Positions 1 through 9,966 of a stretch of 21,588 nucleotides of DNA are shown in pieces. Each line of letters begins with the position of its first letter. Position 1 is the first letter of the stretch. The position numbers were made by a program, and so were the translations under genes. Source of the stretch: Caldisphaera sp. (GTDB lineage Archaea > Thermoproteota > Thermoprotei_A > Sulfolobales > Acidilobaceae); the NCBI GenBank assembly GCA_049971805.1, contig JBMFKU010000021.1:1-21588 (forward strand). Direction: 5' to 3'. Under the pieces are notes generated by a model. That model searched no databases. It was given only the letters and a program-made list of their open reading frames with translations, and was not told the DNA's origin.

Positions 1-870
1 AAAATAATTGGGTAGAGGAGAAAATAACTTCTTAATTTTCTCAGAAAGTGTTAAAACCCTATTTAACATGTGTTCATCTATTAAACCTAAAAGTTTCAGC
101 GCTATGCTAGAAGCTTTAGCATTTCCTGATAACGTGCCCAAAACCCCTGTTTCTGAGAGATCATTTCTATTTGTACATATAGCACCTAAAGGCATTTCCC
201 CAGCTATACCCTTACCAAATACTATAACATCTGGTTCAATGCCTAATTCTCTAGAATAAACAAAATATCCAGTTCTTCCATAGCCAGTATAAGCTTCATC
301 AGCTATCAATGTTAGATCATATCTATTTTTTAATTCCTTCATAAAGGAAATCAAATTTTTTCTTACAGGTCTTACTCCGGCATGAACCTGAATAGGTTCG
401 AAAATTAAAGCTGCTTGATCAAGATTTAAAAGCTTTGATGCCTTTTCTATTACGGAATTTATATTTTCAATTTCATCCATACTATCCTTAATTGGAAAAG
501 GTAGGTGAACTATTTTGTTTTCTAAATCAATACCTTTTTCAAATGAAACCTTTCTGGTTAAATATGTTAAACCATGATAAGCTCCTTCAAAGGAAATTAT
601 TGTACTCTTTTTTTCACTTGCTAATGCGATATCACATGCTTCTGTTGCCGAAGAAGTTAAAAATACATTCTTTTTTTGTGTTATTATTGATAATTTTTTT
701 CTTAGCTCAAATGATTCATCTGTTTCAAATATATTAGAACTAACTCCTCCAATATTTTCATTGCCAAAAAAATATCCGGCTATTGCTGCAGACCCTGAAA
801 AATCAACTACCTCTTTTCCATTTATTTTTAATCTAAATCTCGAAATAGCCTTTGCTTTAAGTCTATTCAT
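1..870 (-). CDS. Class-III PLP-dependent aminotransferase; 3' end runs off the window
   Basis: Not in the ORF track. Manual translation from ATG 870 gives VVDFSGS, TSSATEACDIAL, IISFEGAYHGLT, LIFEPIQVHAG, LIADEAYTGYGRTG and PDVIVFGKGIAG (PLP lysine), which are class-III aminotransferase motifs. It starts 13 nt after the amidohydrolase stop. Confidence 0.88.
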   Translation of the reverse strand, partial: MNRLKAKAISRFRLKINGKEVVDFSGSAAIAGYFFGNENIGGVSSNIFETDESFELRKKLSIITQKKNVFLTSSATEACDIALASEKKSTIISFEGAYHGLTYLTRKVSFEKGIDLENKIVHLPFPIKDSMDEIENINSVIEKASKLLNLDQAALIFEPIQVHAGVRPVRKNLISFMKELKNRYDLTLIADEAYTGYGRTGYFVYSRELGIEPDVIVFGKGIAGEMPLGAICTNRNDLSETGVLGTLSGNAKASSIALKLLGLIDEHMLNRVLTLSEKIKKLFSPLPNYF

Positions 871-883
871 TTATTTTCCCTTT

Positions 884-2089
884 TTAAACACCAAAAGGCA
901 TTAAAATGCCATTTAATTTGGCGATCTTACCATTTATCATAACAAAGTCAACATGATTTGGCTCCAATTCATTTACATCATTTAATGGATTACCTTTAAT
1001 GGCTATTATATCAGCTATATAGTTTTCCTTTAATACGCCAGCATTTATCCCTAAACAAGTTGCTGCATTTACAGTTGCAGCTTTTAGAGCATCTAAGTTA
1101 CCTATATATTTTGATAAATGAACTATCTCTAAATAATTTAATCCATGGGGTTCTTCAGAAATACCAACAAGATCTGTTCCAGCAACAATATTTAATTTCT
1201 TTTCTTTAGCAATCTCCATATCTTCATTAAAGTGCCTTTCTATAAGCTTCTTTCTCTCTTCACTACCTTTATTTTTAGACAATGCATAAGCTGTTAAAGT
1301 GGGTACATAACACATATTCTTTTCCTTAATTTCTTCCGCAAGTTTTTCTGTGAGACCGAGACCATGCTCAATAGAATCAACGCCTGCCTTTATTACGTTA
1401 CTTATAGCTTCTTCTCCATAAGCATGGGCTGCAACTTTAAGTCCTGATTCATGAGATTCATCAACAATAGCTGATAATTCATCAACAGTTAATTCTCTTT
1501 TTATTTTACCTCCTCCTGCAAAACTTCCAGATGCATATACTTTTATTACATCAGCACCATCTCTTATACATAATCTTACAGCCTTTCTACATTCCCATGG
1601 AGAATCGCAGTAATAAGAATATGAAAGCCTATATGCGATGTCTATTGGTAATATTCTCGGATCATCGTCCCCACCTGTTTGAGCAATAGAATATGAAGCT
1701 GAGAAAACTCTAGGGCCTAAAAGTTCTTCATTTTTGAATGCCTTAGAAAGAGCTATTGACGTCTTATCTCCCAATGATCTAACAGTTGTGAATCCTGAGT
1801 TTAATAACCTGAAAGCATCTAATGTAGATCTAAGCATAGCAGTCTGAGGGTTTACTGTAACCCAGTCCATTAACTCATGAGAAGTGCCACCAAAAAAATG
1901 AAGGTGCGCATCTATTAAGCCTGGCATTATAGTTAAACCGCTGAAATCAAAAACCTTGTCATCTTTTTTTATCTCTATGGAACCTTTCTCACCAACTTTT
2001 TCTATCATACTCCCAGTTATTTTTATTTCTCCATTTTCTATTATATCATAACCCGTAAACAATTTTCCCTTCAGAATAATTGAGCCCAC
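884..2089 (-). CDS. Metal-dependent amidohydrolase (Xaa-Pro dipeptidase/prolidase-like subgroup)
   Basis: Motifs MPGLIDAHLH, GFTTVRSLG, GADVIKVYASG, VAAHAYG, SIEHG and IVAGTD. GTG 2089, downstream of a GAGGGTGA SD, is preferred over TTG 2107. Confidence 0.9.
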   Translation of the reverse strand: MGSIILKGKLFTGYDIIENGEIKITGSMIEKVGEKGSIEIKKDDKVFDFSGLTIMPGLIDAHLHFFGGTSHELMDWVTVNPQTAMLRSTLDAFRLLNSGFTTVRSLGDKTSIALSKAFKNEELLGPRVFSASYSIAQTGGDDDPRILPIDIAYRLSYSYYCDSPWECRKAVRLCIRDGADVIKVYASGSFAGGGKIKRELTVDELSAIVDESHESGLKVAAHAYGEEAISNVIKAGVDSIEHGLGLTEKLAEEIKEKNMCYVPTLTAYALSKNKGSEERKKLIERHFNEDMEIAKEKKLNIVAGTDLVGISEEPHGLNYLEIVHLSKYIGNLDALKAATVNAATCLGINAGVLKENYIADIIAIKGNPLNDVNELEPNHVDFVMINGKIAKLNGILMPFGV

Positions 2090-2244
2090 TTTTTTCACCC
2101 TCAACAACTCACTATTTAATTTTAGCCAAAAAATATTTTTCTATCAAAAAAGTTCAATCAAAAATTTCAAATTTAACAGATTGATAAAAACCATATTTTA
2201 AATAGCATACATAGCAATTAGTATTTTTAACCAAAAAATAAAAA

Positions 2245-3329
2245 TTAACCTTTAATCCACCAATAGGAAACTGAGTCTCCTCTATTTATAGGATTTTCTT
2301 TATAACTTATTTGATTATAAAATCCACGCATAGATGGCTTAATGATCCAAGTTAAAGTTGGTTGATAAGTATACACGTAGAGATAAAGGTTTATGGCTAT
2401 TTGTTCGGCCTCCTTATAGTATTCTTGAGCAGCAATAACATTTCCTATAAAAGCTTCTTTATCTGCTTTTAATATTAAATTATTCCATTTTATTATATTG
2501 TTGTGACTCATTTGCAAATATTTGTGCCAATAGTGAATTACCTTGTAAAGCAAAATATTTACTTAAATTCTCAAAATAAGAGATGTTCCATCCATTAGGT
2601 GCTGGATAAACTCCGCTTGTCTCTAAATATAAGGCTTCTGTAAAGTCGTTTGCAAGTGAATAATCAGCATACCATGCCTCAGTATAAATGGGCATTGGAT
2701 TTTGCCCAGAAACACCATAAGCACCTACAATAGGTCCAGGCATGTACAATAGAGACCAGTAAAACCAGCGTTTGAAGAAGGCCATTGAACTTTAGTGTTA
2801 TAATTTCCAGCATTGCAAGTTTGTTGGTATTGATAAAATGATTGAGCTAATTCTGTATAGTTTCCATCATATAATCCCATAAGTTTAATCCATCACCTAC
2901 GCTTTCTAACCATTTTGCATCTATTACATAATCAAATGAAGTTATAATATTGAAGAAAAACGTTGGATTTATAGATTGGACTAAATGAAATGTTACAGTA
3001 TTGGTTTGATTATTATAAGATACAGATTCTATTATTTCTTTTGCATCTAAGGAATAGTTTGAGGAAGTTATTATGAATGTAGAAAAATTATAATCAGGTA
3101 TAGTAAATGGAGCTAAATATGTGCCTTCAACACCAGGAAATCCACCTGCTTAAACCAATGCCATGATCATAGTGCACCAAACATCGTAAGCTGTAATTGG
3201 ATCCTCATTAGATGCCTTTAAATCTGGTCTTATTTTAAATATGTAAATTATATAATTTGGAGAGATAGTGCCATATAAATATCTTGCAGTAACATTAGAC
3301 CAGTTGCCAATAGTTGGTATATATTCTGC
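2245..3329 (-). pseudogene. Degraded ABC-type oligopeptide/solute-binding protein (family 5, OppA/DppA-like)
   Basis: Manual translation: ISPNYIIYIFKIRPDLKASNEDPITAYDVW (SBP5-like), an in-frame TAA, NTVTFHLVQSINP, YVIDAKWLES, then GQNPMPIYTEAWYADY and AEQIAINLYLYVY across frameshifts and stops. The ORFs 2480-2785 and 2245-2553 are fragments of it. The 5' end is cut at the repeat element at 3330. Confidence 0.75.
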
Positions 3330-3560
3330 TCTGACCCTTATATAAGATATATTGGTCAGATCATCTATAAATATTAGATCTGGCTGGAGTGTAGACTTTG
3401 ACCTCAGTGAGCCAAGAGCTTCCTGCCCTGATGGGTGAGTGTTACCGAATCTTGAGGTTACCTATAGGAGCTACTCTGATTCCTCCCTACGTAGAAGTAA
3501 AGTTTACTTCAACTGCTAGCTCTTATTAAGTTAACCTAAGGGAGAAATCCCAATCCCCCT
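3330..3560 (+). mobile_element. Putative IS200/IS605-derived remnant or MITE-like element, longer copy
   Basis: 3330-3420 aligns with 4579-4668. The stretch is GC-richer than its flanks, carries hairpins and truncates the SBP gene. The downstream frame VLPNLEVTYRSYSDSSLRRSKVYFNC* resembles, from memory only, the 5' region of crenarchaeal tnpB elements. Confidence 0.45.
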
Positions 3561-3595
3561 TTTTCTTTTATCTTAAAATAGCCATGTTAAAATCA

Positions 3596-4459
3596 TTAAA
3601 TTTTCATAGCTAGTATTCCCATAGATTTTTCATCATAATATATTACTTTAAACCCAGATTTTCTTAATTTGCCAACAATTTTGCTATAAAAATTTTTCCC
3701 TTTGGCTCTTCCAGGTTCTCCTGTATAGTGATATAAAAAGCCTTTATGCCTTAATAAGTTTGATAAGACATCGTAGAATTCTTGACTATATAGCTCACTT
3801 GTATTTGAGGAAAATCTTGGAGGATCGTGAATAATATTATCAAATTTTTCATTTAATTCCTTTAAAACATTAAATGCATTTCCCAACAAAATTGTAACCT
3901 TTTCAGATAATAGTTCTTTACTCCATGGATTTCTCTCTGCCAACCACAATACATTTTCGTCTTTCTCTATTGTTATTATTTCATTTGCGCCTATCTTTAA
4001 TGAATTTATCGTAGTATAGCCTAAACCAGTGCCTATTTCTAAAACTTTTGAGCCTTTCTTAATTTTTGCCAAAATTACTTTTCTTTTAGCATCCTCCATA
4101 GGTGTAACATCTTTTATCCTGTGCATGTGAATTCCGTTTATTTCTAATGTAACATCCCTTTCTGATCTAAGGGGTACTAATTTATAATATCCATTTGATG
4201 CCCTTATTTCTGCCTCATAATATCTTTGATTAATATCTATTAGCAAAACAGATCTTCTATTTACATGTTGCTCTAATATTTCTTTATTTATTTTAAAGAG
4301 ATTATTATTAAAAAATATTGATAACTCACTACCAAAACATTTAATTATTCCCCGATCTTTGCCTAAATTTATTGTTGTTTCTTCTTTATTTATTATTTTC
4401 TTTGATTCATACGGAGATAAAGCTATACCTTCGAAAGGTTTAAACTCAAACACTTCCAT
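3596..4459 (-). CDS. Archaeal SAM-dependent methyltransferase (COG2521-like)
   Basis: VLEIGTGLGYT (motif I), TLEINGIHMH, IIHDPPRFS and HYTGEPG; GAGGG SD upstream. Confidence 0.85.
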   Translation of the reverse strand: MEVFEFKPFEGIALSPYESKKIINKEETTINLGKDRGIIKCFGSELSIFFNNNLFKINKEILEQHVNRRSVLLIDINQRYYEAEIRASNGYYKLVPLRSERDVTLEINGIHMHRIKDVTPMEDAKRKVILAKIKKGSKVLEIGTGLGYTTINSLKIGANEIITIEKDENVLWLAERNPWSKELLSEKVTILLGNAFNVLKELNEKFDNIIHDPPRFSSNTSELYSQEFYDVLSNLLRHKGFLYHYTGEPGRAKGKNFYSKIVGKLRKSGFKVIYYDEKSMGILAMKI

Positions 4460-4578
4460 TTAAATCCCTCTAACAAGTAGAAAAATTAATTTTATTTTTA
4501 TATAAAACTAACTCTAGTCTTTAATAGAAAAACTTAGAAATTATTAAAGCATCGAGATAGCAACTATGTAAAACTCCT

Positions 4579-4668
4579 TCTGACCTCATTATATTAGATA
4601 TATTGGTCGGATCTGAGTATTACAGATCTGACTGAAGAGTGGCTGGTGGCCTCATTGAGCTAAGAGCT
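4579..4668 (+). repeat. Second diverged copy of the ~90-bp structured repeat
   Basis: Shares TCTGACC...TTATAT.AGATATATTGGTC.GATC...AGATCTG.CTG.AG.GT...CCTCA.TGAGC.AAGAGCT with 3330-3420. Confidence 0.8.
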
Positions 4669-4769
4669 CGAATAATAAGGGTGAAATTCGTTGGAAATTC
4701 CATTTACGGAATATACGTATCTAAGAATAATTTAACCTTTTGAAGGCGTAATTTATAATATTTCAAATA

Positions 4770-5325
4770 ATGAGCTATGTCTTCTTTTAAATTTTTAGGT
4801 TCATATTTTGAGTCCCCATTTTTTATAAGATCTTCAATATGTATAACTGTTTTTAATGGAGTATTTGGCAAACTTTCATCATCACTTATTATTATCCATT
4901 GTTTTATAAAAGGGTACTGATTTTGCTATTTTTTCTACTAATTGTACAAATTCATCTCTAATAATAATAGCATCATCCTTAACATAATTCATTGTATATA
5001 CAATTTCTTGTGATGAAAGCCTTAAATTAATAGTATGTAGAATTCCTCCAGTATAAGGAGTTGCAAAGAGAGATTCTAGGAAATAATTTGTGTTCCATCC
5101 TATTATGCCAATTTTTGAGTCTTTTTTAAGGCCAATAGTTTCTAATTCGCTTGCTAGCTTTCTAATCCTTGAATTAAATTCTGTATAATTATTATCTTTT
5201 AATATCTTTATAAACTATCTCTTTTTCGGGCGATCTTTCCAATAATGCAACAAAAAGCTTATCTAGAGTAAGCTCGTATCTCTGAGGTCTCCCTAATATT
5301 TTCCCGTTTGTCCCTATACTTTCAT
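4770..5325 (-). pseudogene. Inverted 5' third of a long-chain fatty acid-CoA ligase gene
   Basis: Translation across frameshifts: YELTLDKLF...EKEIVYKD...YTEFNSRIRKLASELETIGLKKDSKIGIIGWNTNYFLESLFATPYTGGILHTINLRLSSQEIVYTMN...YEPKNLKEDIAH. Confidence 0.8.
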
Positions 5326-5330
5326 TTCAA

Positions 5331-5715
5331 TCATCTTATCTTCATTCAGGAACCACAGGATTTACTAAAGCTGTGCACTTTACCTATAGACAAATAATAC
5401 TACAGTCAATAATAAGCGGCATAGTTGTTACAGCTTATCTATCTCCAGTTAGAGTATCATCAAAAAATGTCATTATGCACATCCCACCATTCTTCCATGG
5501 GCTAGGATGGATAATGCCTTACTTAGCTACACTTTTAGGAATGAAACAAGTTTTACCTGATAGAACCGATCCCTAGTTATGTTAGACTTAATAAAGAATG
5601 AGAATGTAACTTTTCTGCAGGTGTTCCCACATTTTTGAGAATATTAATAGAACATCCAAAAGCCGGAGAGTACAAAGATGCTCTATAAAATTGTAGAATC
5701 ATTACTGGAGGTTCT
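5331..5715 (+). pseudogene. Middle fragment of the same acyl-CoA ligase
   Basis: AMP-binding motif SGTTGFTKAV, PPFFHGLGW and GMKQVLP, then a stop, GVPTFLRILIEHP and RIITGGS. Confidence 0.8.
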
Positions 5716-6045
5716 CAATAGTTTAGTTATTGAAATAAAAGGCAAAGTATTTTTGTTTATCGTCCTTAAACCGGGTCTACAATTATCAGAAGAATTAAAA
5801 AACAAAATAAATGATAGTCTAAAGCGTAATTTAGGTGCTTATTTCATTGCAGATTATATAATCCAAGTACCAGACATAGCTCAGACATTTAATTTCAAAA
5901 AGTTAGAAGTTCCTGTAAAAAAAGCACTTTTAGGGTGGGAAATAAACAAATCGGTAAACCTAGCTAATGCTATTAATCCAGATTCTTTTTTAGGCTTATA
6001 GAGATAGCTAAGCCATATGTAGAACAAATAAAAGAAGAAAACTAA
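5708..6045 (+). pseudogene. 3' fragment of an acetoacetyl-CoA synthetase-like gene
   Basis: EVLNSLV...LFIVLKPG...IIQVPDIAQTFNFKKLEVPVKKAL...AINPDS is a typical acetoacetate-CoA ligase C-terminus. A probable frameshift lies in the T-run near 5990. Confidence 0.7.
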
Positions 6046-6105
6046 ATTAATAAAAAATTTTATAGATTTTATTTATATCAATTTTTTAACATTATTAAAT
6101 AAAAA

Positions 6106-6933
6106 TTATATAGATTTTATTGAATTGGCTGCAATCTTATAATCAATTTCAGGTGTATTACCGGCTATGCCAATAGAACTTAATATACTATGATCTATAA
6201 ATACACCTCCTTGAGTTGTATTAAATCTTTCATTGGATTCTTCTCCATTTGGACATTCAACTACAGAACCAACGTATTTTATGGCATCATGAGAATCTAC
6301 TTTAAATGCTGATGCCGTCCAAGCCCTGCTCCTTGATATCTCAACAAACCCAAATGGTGTATTATCCATTTTATAAATTAGGATTGGCCATCCATCTTTA
6401 TCATTTATAGTAATTGCAACTGGATTAAATTTATTATTATTAACATAACTAATAGCTTTTTCTGCAATATTTCTAGCAATTTCCAAGCCTTTTTCAACTT
6501 TTGTATCAAACTCTTCTTCTCTATATGCACCTGCAAAGCCTGCTTGAGCTATTTTTTCATCACCATCTACAGATTCTCCACTATGACCTATGCCTCCAAC
6601 CACTTCTCCATTAATTATCAAAGGTATTGCGCCATAAATTAAAGTCATCTTACCATGATACTTTACATTTAGCCTACCATACTGTCCTCTAGCTATTACC
6701 TGATCTAAAACCTTAGCAGATAATTTCATTACAGATGCCGTCCAAGCTTTATCTATTGCTAAATCAACAGTAGCTGGTAATGCTACATCTCTTCTTTCCA
6801 TGGCAACAACATGACCTCCTGAATCTGTTACTGCATAGCTTCCAGGTAACATCTCATTATCTATAGAAAATCTTATCATTGCCTTGATTACCTTTCTGGC
6901 CAAACCAAGACTTAAACCATTAGGTATGCTCAT
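6106..6933 (-). CDS. GlcG/HbpS-family (heme-binding, DUF336) protein with two tandem domains
   Basis: Domain 1: AVTDSGGH, AIDKAWTA, GAIPLIINGEVVGGIGHSG, DEKIAQAG. Domain 2: AITINDKDG, SRAWTASAF, GGVFI...IGIAG...DYKIA. It overlaps the upstream gene by 4 nt (ATGA), implying translational coupling. Confidence 0.8.
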   Translation of the reverse strand: MSIPNGLSLGLARKVIKAMIRFSIDNEMLPGSYAVTDSGGHVVAMERRDVALPATVDLAIDKAWTASVMKLSAKVLDQVIARGQYGRLNVKYHGKMTLIYGAIPLIINGEVVGGIGHSGESVDGDEKIAQAGFAGAYREEEFDTKVEKGLEIARNIAEKAISYVNNNKFNPVAITINDKDGWPILIYKMDNTPFGFVEISRSRAWTASAFKVDSHDAIKYVGSVVECPNGEESNERFNTTQGGVFIDHSILSSIGIAGNTPEIDYKIAANSIKSI

Positions 6934-8132
6934 GGTACCACCTCCTTTCTAACATTTGAAAAGTTTTTCTTTTCTACTAAATTAACACCAGATTTATATA
7001 GAAGCTCAACAACTTTTTTACCAAGATATGGAGATGCCGAAACACCTGCAGGACCTAATACTATGTTAATCCAGTACGGAACCAAATCAGGCATACCTAT
7101 AACAAAGTCATGCCACCCTGTATCGGGATTTGTCATAGCCATAAAACCTGTAATGGGCCTTGTAATATGGTTTTCAAATGGTATTTTGGGGAAAAGTTTC
7201 TTTGATACATCAATTGCATGTTTTACTGCATAATCCTTTACTTCTTTATTAGATCTATAGGACATTTCTAGATAAATGCCAGCCAACAATTTATTATCTA
7301 CAGTTGGTGCTATAACTTGTAAATGAGGACTTCCCCTTGGTAGTACAAGAGCTTCATGTTTTATCATTTTTCCCAAATCTTCGTCTAACTCAACAATTGT
7401 ACCTTTAAATGGTACATAAGAAAAATCCCTTGCTTTTACAAGTTCTGCCATCCTGTCTGCTTCTATCCCCGCTGCATTTATAACTAACTTTGATCTTATT
7501 GAAATCTTGTCTGAAATTAATTCAAACTTCCCTAATACCTTATTAATTTTTTTGATTTCTGTATTAAACAAAAAATTAACTCCGTTAGCCTTTGCATTCT
7601 CTGCATATGCTCTTGCTACTTCAGGAGGATCGACTGTTGCTAAATTAGGATCGTAAAGTGCTCCTAAGAATTCATCAGAGATCTCTGGCTCTAAATCTTT
7701 TAGCCCCTTCTTATCAATAAACTTTAAAGGTGTGAAGGATCCTTCTGGTATCAAATTAGGAGATTTAGGATCTAAAGAAGATTTAAATGCCCTTAAATAC
7801 ATCTTTTGGAATTTATTAAAGTCGGAATTATCCCTTATTAACCATAGCCCGCCTATTCTTCTGAATTTAAAATTCAAATCCTCGGCAAGCTTTGGCCATA
7901 AAGGTATGCTCTTTATGTTTAATTCTGCATGCAAGGTACCAGGCCTAAAAGTTAAAGAATCCCCTCCCTGGCAAACAAGGTGATGATTTGTTGCAGTTCC
8001 CTCTAATCCTATACCATTTGTTCTTTCTAAAACGGTAATGGATAAATCATATTTAGATAATTCCCTTGCAATAGATGTTCCGGCAATTCCAGCCCCTATA
8101 ATAGCTACATCTATATCAACAAATTGACTCAT
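6930..8132 (-). CDS. FAD-dependent oxidoreductase, DAO superfamily (GlpA/LhgO-like)
   Basis: Rossmann motif DVAIIGAGIAG, plus VINAAG, PFKG and PAGVSASPYLG. Start ATG 8132 follows a GGGTGA SD. Confidence 0.88.
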   Translation of the reverse strand: MSQFVDIDVAIIGAGIAGTSIARELSKYDLSITVLERTNGIGLEGTATNHHLVCQGGDSLTFRPGTLHAELNIKSIPLWPKLAEDLNFKFRRIGGLWLIRDNSDFNKFQKMYLRAFKSSLDPKSPNLIPEGSFTPLKFIDKKGLKDLEPEISDEFLGALYDPNLATVDPPEVARAYAENAKANGVNFLFNTEIKKINKVLGKFELISDKISIRSKLVINAAGIEADRMAELVKARDFSYVPFKGTIVELDEDLGKMIKHEALVLPRGSPHLQVIAPTVDNKLLAGIYLEMSYRSNKEVKDYAVKHAIDVSKKLFPKIPFENHITRPITGFMAMTNPDTGWHDFVIGMPDLVPYWINIVLGPAGVSASPYLGKKVVELLYKSGVNLVEKKNFSNVRKEVVP

Positions 8133-8262
8133 GTTAAGTACATCACCCACTTTTATTTTACTTATTTAGGATATATAAGTTTTCAAAATCATGTATACTA
8201 TATTGTGCATATCTTAGTTTAATAACTATATTAATTTTACATAATTATCAAATTTCAAAAAT

Positions 8263-8376
8263 TTATGCTCCTTCAGCAAACGATGATACTTCATACCATT
8301 CTAGCTCACTCTCGTCTCTTTCATTAACGTTGAATTTTATTTTTCTTTCATCTTTCCTATATATTAGAGTGCTCAA
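8263..8376 (-). CDS. Unannotated 37-aa small protein, copy A (MSTLIYRKDERKIKFNVNERDESELEWYEVSSFAEGA)
   Basis: TTG start with an AGGTGA SD, an upstream CTTATAA TATA-like box, and the same length as copies B and C with 19/37 identical residues and no indels. Confidence 0.7.
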   Translation of the reverse strand: MSTLIYRKDERKIKFNVNERDESELEWYEVSSFAEGA

Positions 8377-8556
8377 TTCTTTCACCTATTTAATATATAT
8401 GTAGACGAAACCTTATAAGTAGCTGTACTAGAAAAAATAGACAGTAGTCTGATAACATAGAAATTACAAACTAAAAATTTTAAATTTTATAATCTAGCTT
8501 TATAATAGAGAAATTTAAGAATATTAATAATAAAAATTTTATAAGGTGAAATTTCG

Positions 8557-8987
8557 GTGGTTTTAGATAGTTATCCCAAATTTAAAATAGCTGCTATTTA
8601 AATAGCACAGTATTTTTAGATAGAGATTCTACAATAGAGAAGAGGAAAAAGTATATAGAAGATGCTAAAAGAAAAAGTGCAGATCTCGCTGTCTTTGGAG
8701 AATCTTTTATACCTGCCTTTTCTATATGGAATGGAGGTATACCTTTAACTGATTATAAAGAGGCAAAAATTAAAATATATGCATCAAAAGAAAACAGGCT
8801 CTATATAAGAGTATATAATATATTTTTATCAAACAATATAGACGATCAAATAAAAGATGAAAACATATTTGAAATAAAAACGGGTAGCAATATTATAGAC
8901 ATTTCTCAATTTAAAAACATGATAGTATCGTTTAAACTTCAAAATATCGATGAAAAAAGTTATATGATTATTATGCTTAATAATTAG
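8557..8987 (+). pseudogene. Nitrilase/carbon-nitrogen hydrolase 5' fragment fused to an unrelated 3' gene fragment
   Basis: AGGTGA SD and GTG start. YPKFKIAAI*IA, then after a frameshift VFLDRDSTIEK...ADLAVFGESFIPAF (catalytic Glu region). The frame continues as non-nitrilase sequence to TAG 8987. Confidence 0.7.
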
Positions 8988-9039
8988 ATTCAACAAAAAT
9001 TTAATAATCCAATGTGTAAAAATAATTTGGAAATAAAAG

Positions 9040-9906
9040 TTGAGTTTAATAAGTTATCCCCTAGCGGTGTTACTTGCTTTAGGATCTGGAATAGGATTTG
9101 CTATAAATGATGCAGTCACAAAACTAAAAATTAAAGGAAATAGTTCTATGTCTTTAACATTTGTTTCTCTAATTTTTGGCTTACCAATAATTCTGATTTC
9201 TTTACTAATACCATTAGGCAAATTAACTATGACTCTTAATTCCTTAATTTTTTATCTAATAGCAGGTATAGTTAATTTTACTATTGGAAGATCTTCTTTA
9301 TATGCCTCAATATCAAGATTAAGCTCAAGTGGAGGAAGCATATTGTCTAGTACAAGCGCTTTGTTTGGATTCTTAATGGGATGGATTTTATTAGATGAAA
9401 AAGTAACAGTAATTATGGCAATAGGCGTAATTTTAATCATGATAAGCGTCTATATAGCCTCCGGCGGATTTAAAAATAATTTGTCATTGACGGGAATTAT
9501 CTTTGGCCTAATAACAGGTCTTTCAATAGCCATTGCTGTAGTTCTAATTAAATTAGGAGATCAGAATGGCGGGCAACCAGTTTTGGGCACATTGATCGCA
9601 TACTTATCTGGTATTGCATTTAGTTACATTGGATTTAAAAGAAATCCTATAAAAGTAATAGAATTAAAAAGATTGGCTTTTCCATTGGCTATAATGGGAA
9701 CAGCTGCAGCAGCAGGGCAAATTATGAGATATATTGCATTATTGACTGCAGAAGCAAGTGTTGTCGCACCATTGCAAAATATAAGACCTGTTGTAGCAAC
9801 ATTTATTTTATTGGCTTTTGGTGTAGAAGATAAAAAGCCAAAGAAATATCACTGGATAGCTGCTATATTAGCAAGTATAGGCGCAGCATTAGTTAGTATA
9901 AAATAA
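9040..9906 (+). CDS. EamA/DMT family transporter
   Basis: About 10 hydrophobic segments in two repeats; LMGWILLDEKV and AEASVVAPL are EamA-type motifs. Confidence 0.85.
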   Translation: MSLISYPLAVLLALGSGIGFAINDAVTKLKIKGNSSMSLTFVSLIFGLPIILISLLIPLGKLTMTLNSLIFYLIAGIVNFTIGRSSLYASISRLSSSGGSILSSTSALFGFLMGWILLDEKVTVIMAIGVILIMISVYIASGGFKNNLSLTGIIFGLITGLSIAIAVVLIKLGDQNGGQPVLGTLIAYLSGIAFSYIGFKRNPIKVIELKRLAFPLAIMGTAAAAGQIMRYIALLTAEASVVAPLQNIRPVVATFILLAFGVEDKKPKKYHWIAAILASIGAALVSIK

Positions 9907-9966
9907 TTTGAAAAAAGAAATAGGAAATATATTATAAATTAATATCAAGACACTTTACTAAAAATT

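Noticed and set aside
8-737. Plus-strand ORFs 8-259 and 492-737
   Set aside because: Shadows of the minus-strand aminotransferase.
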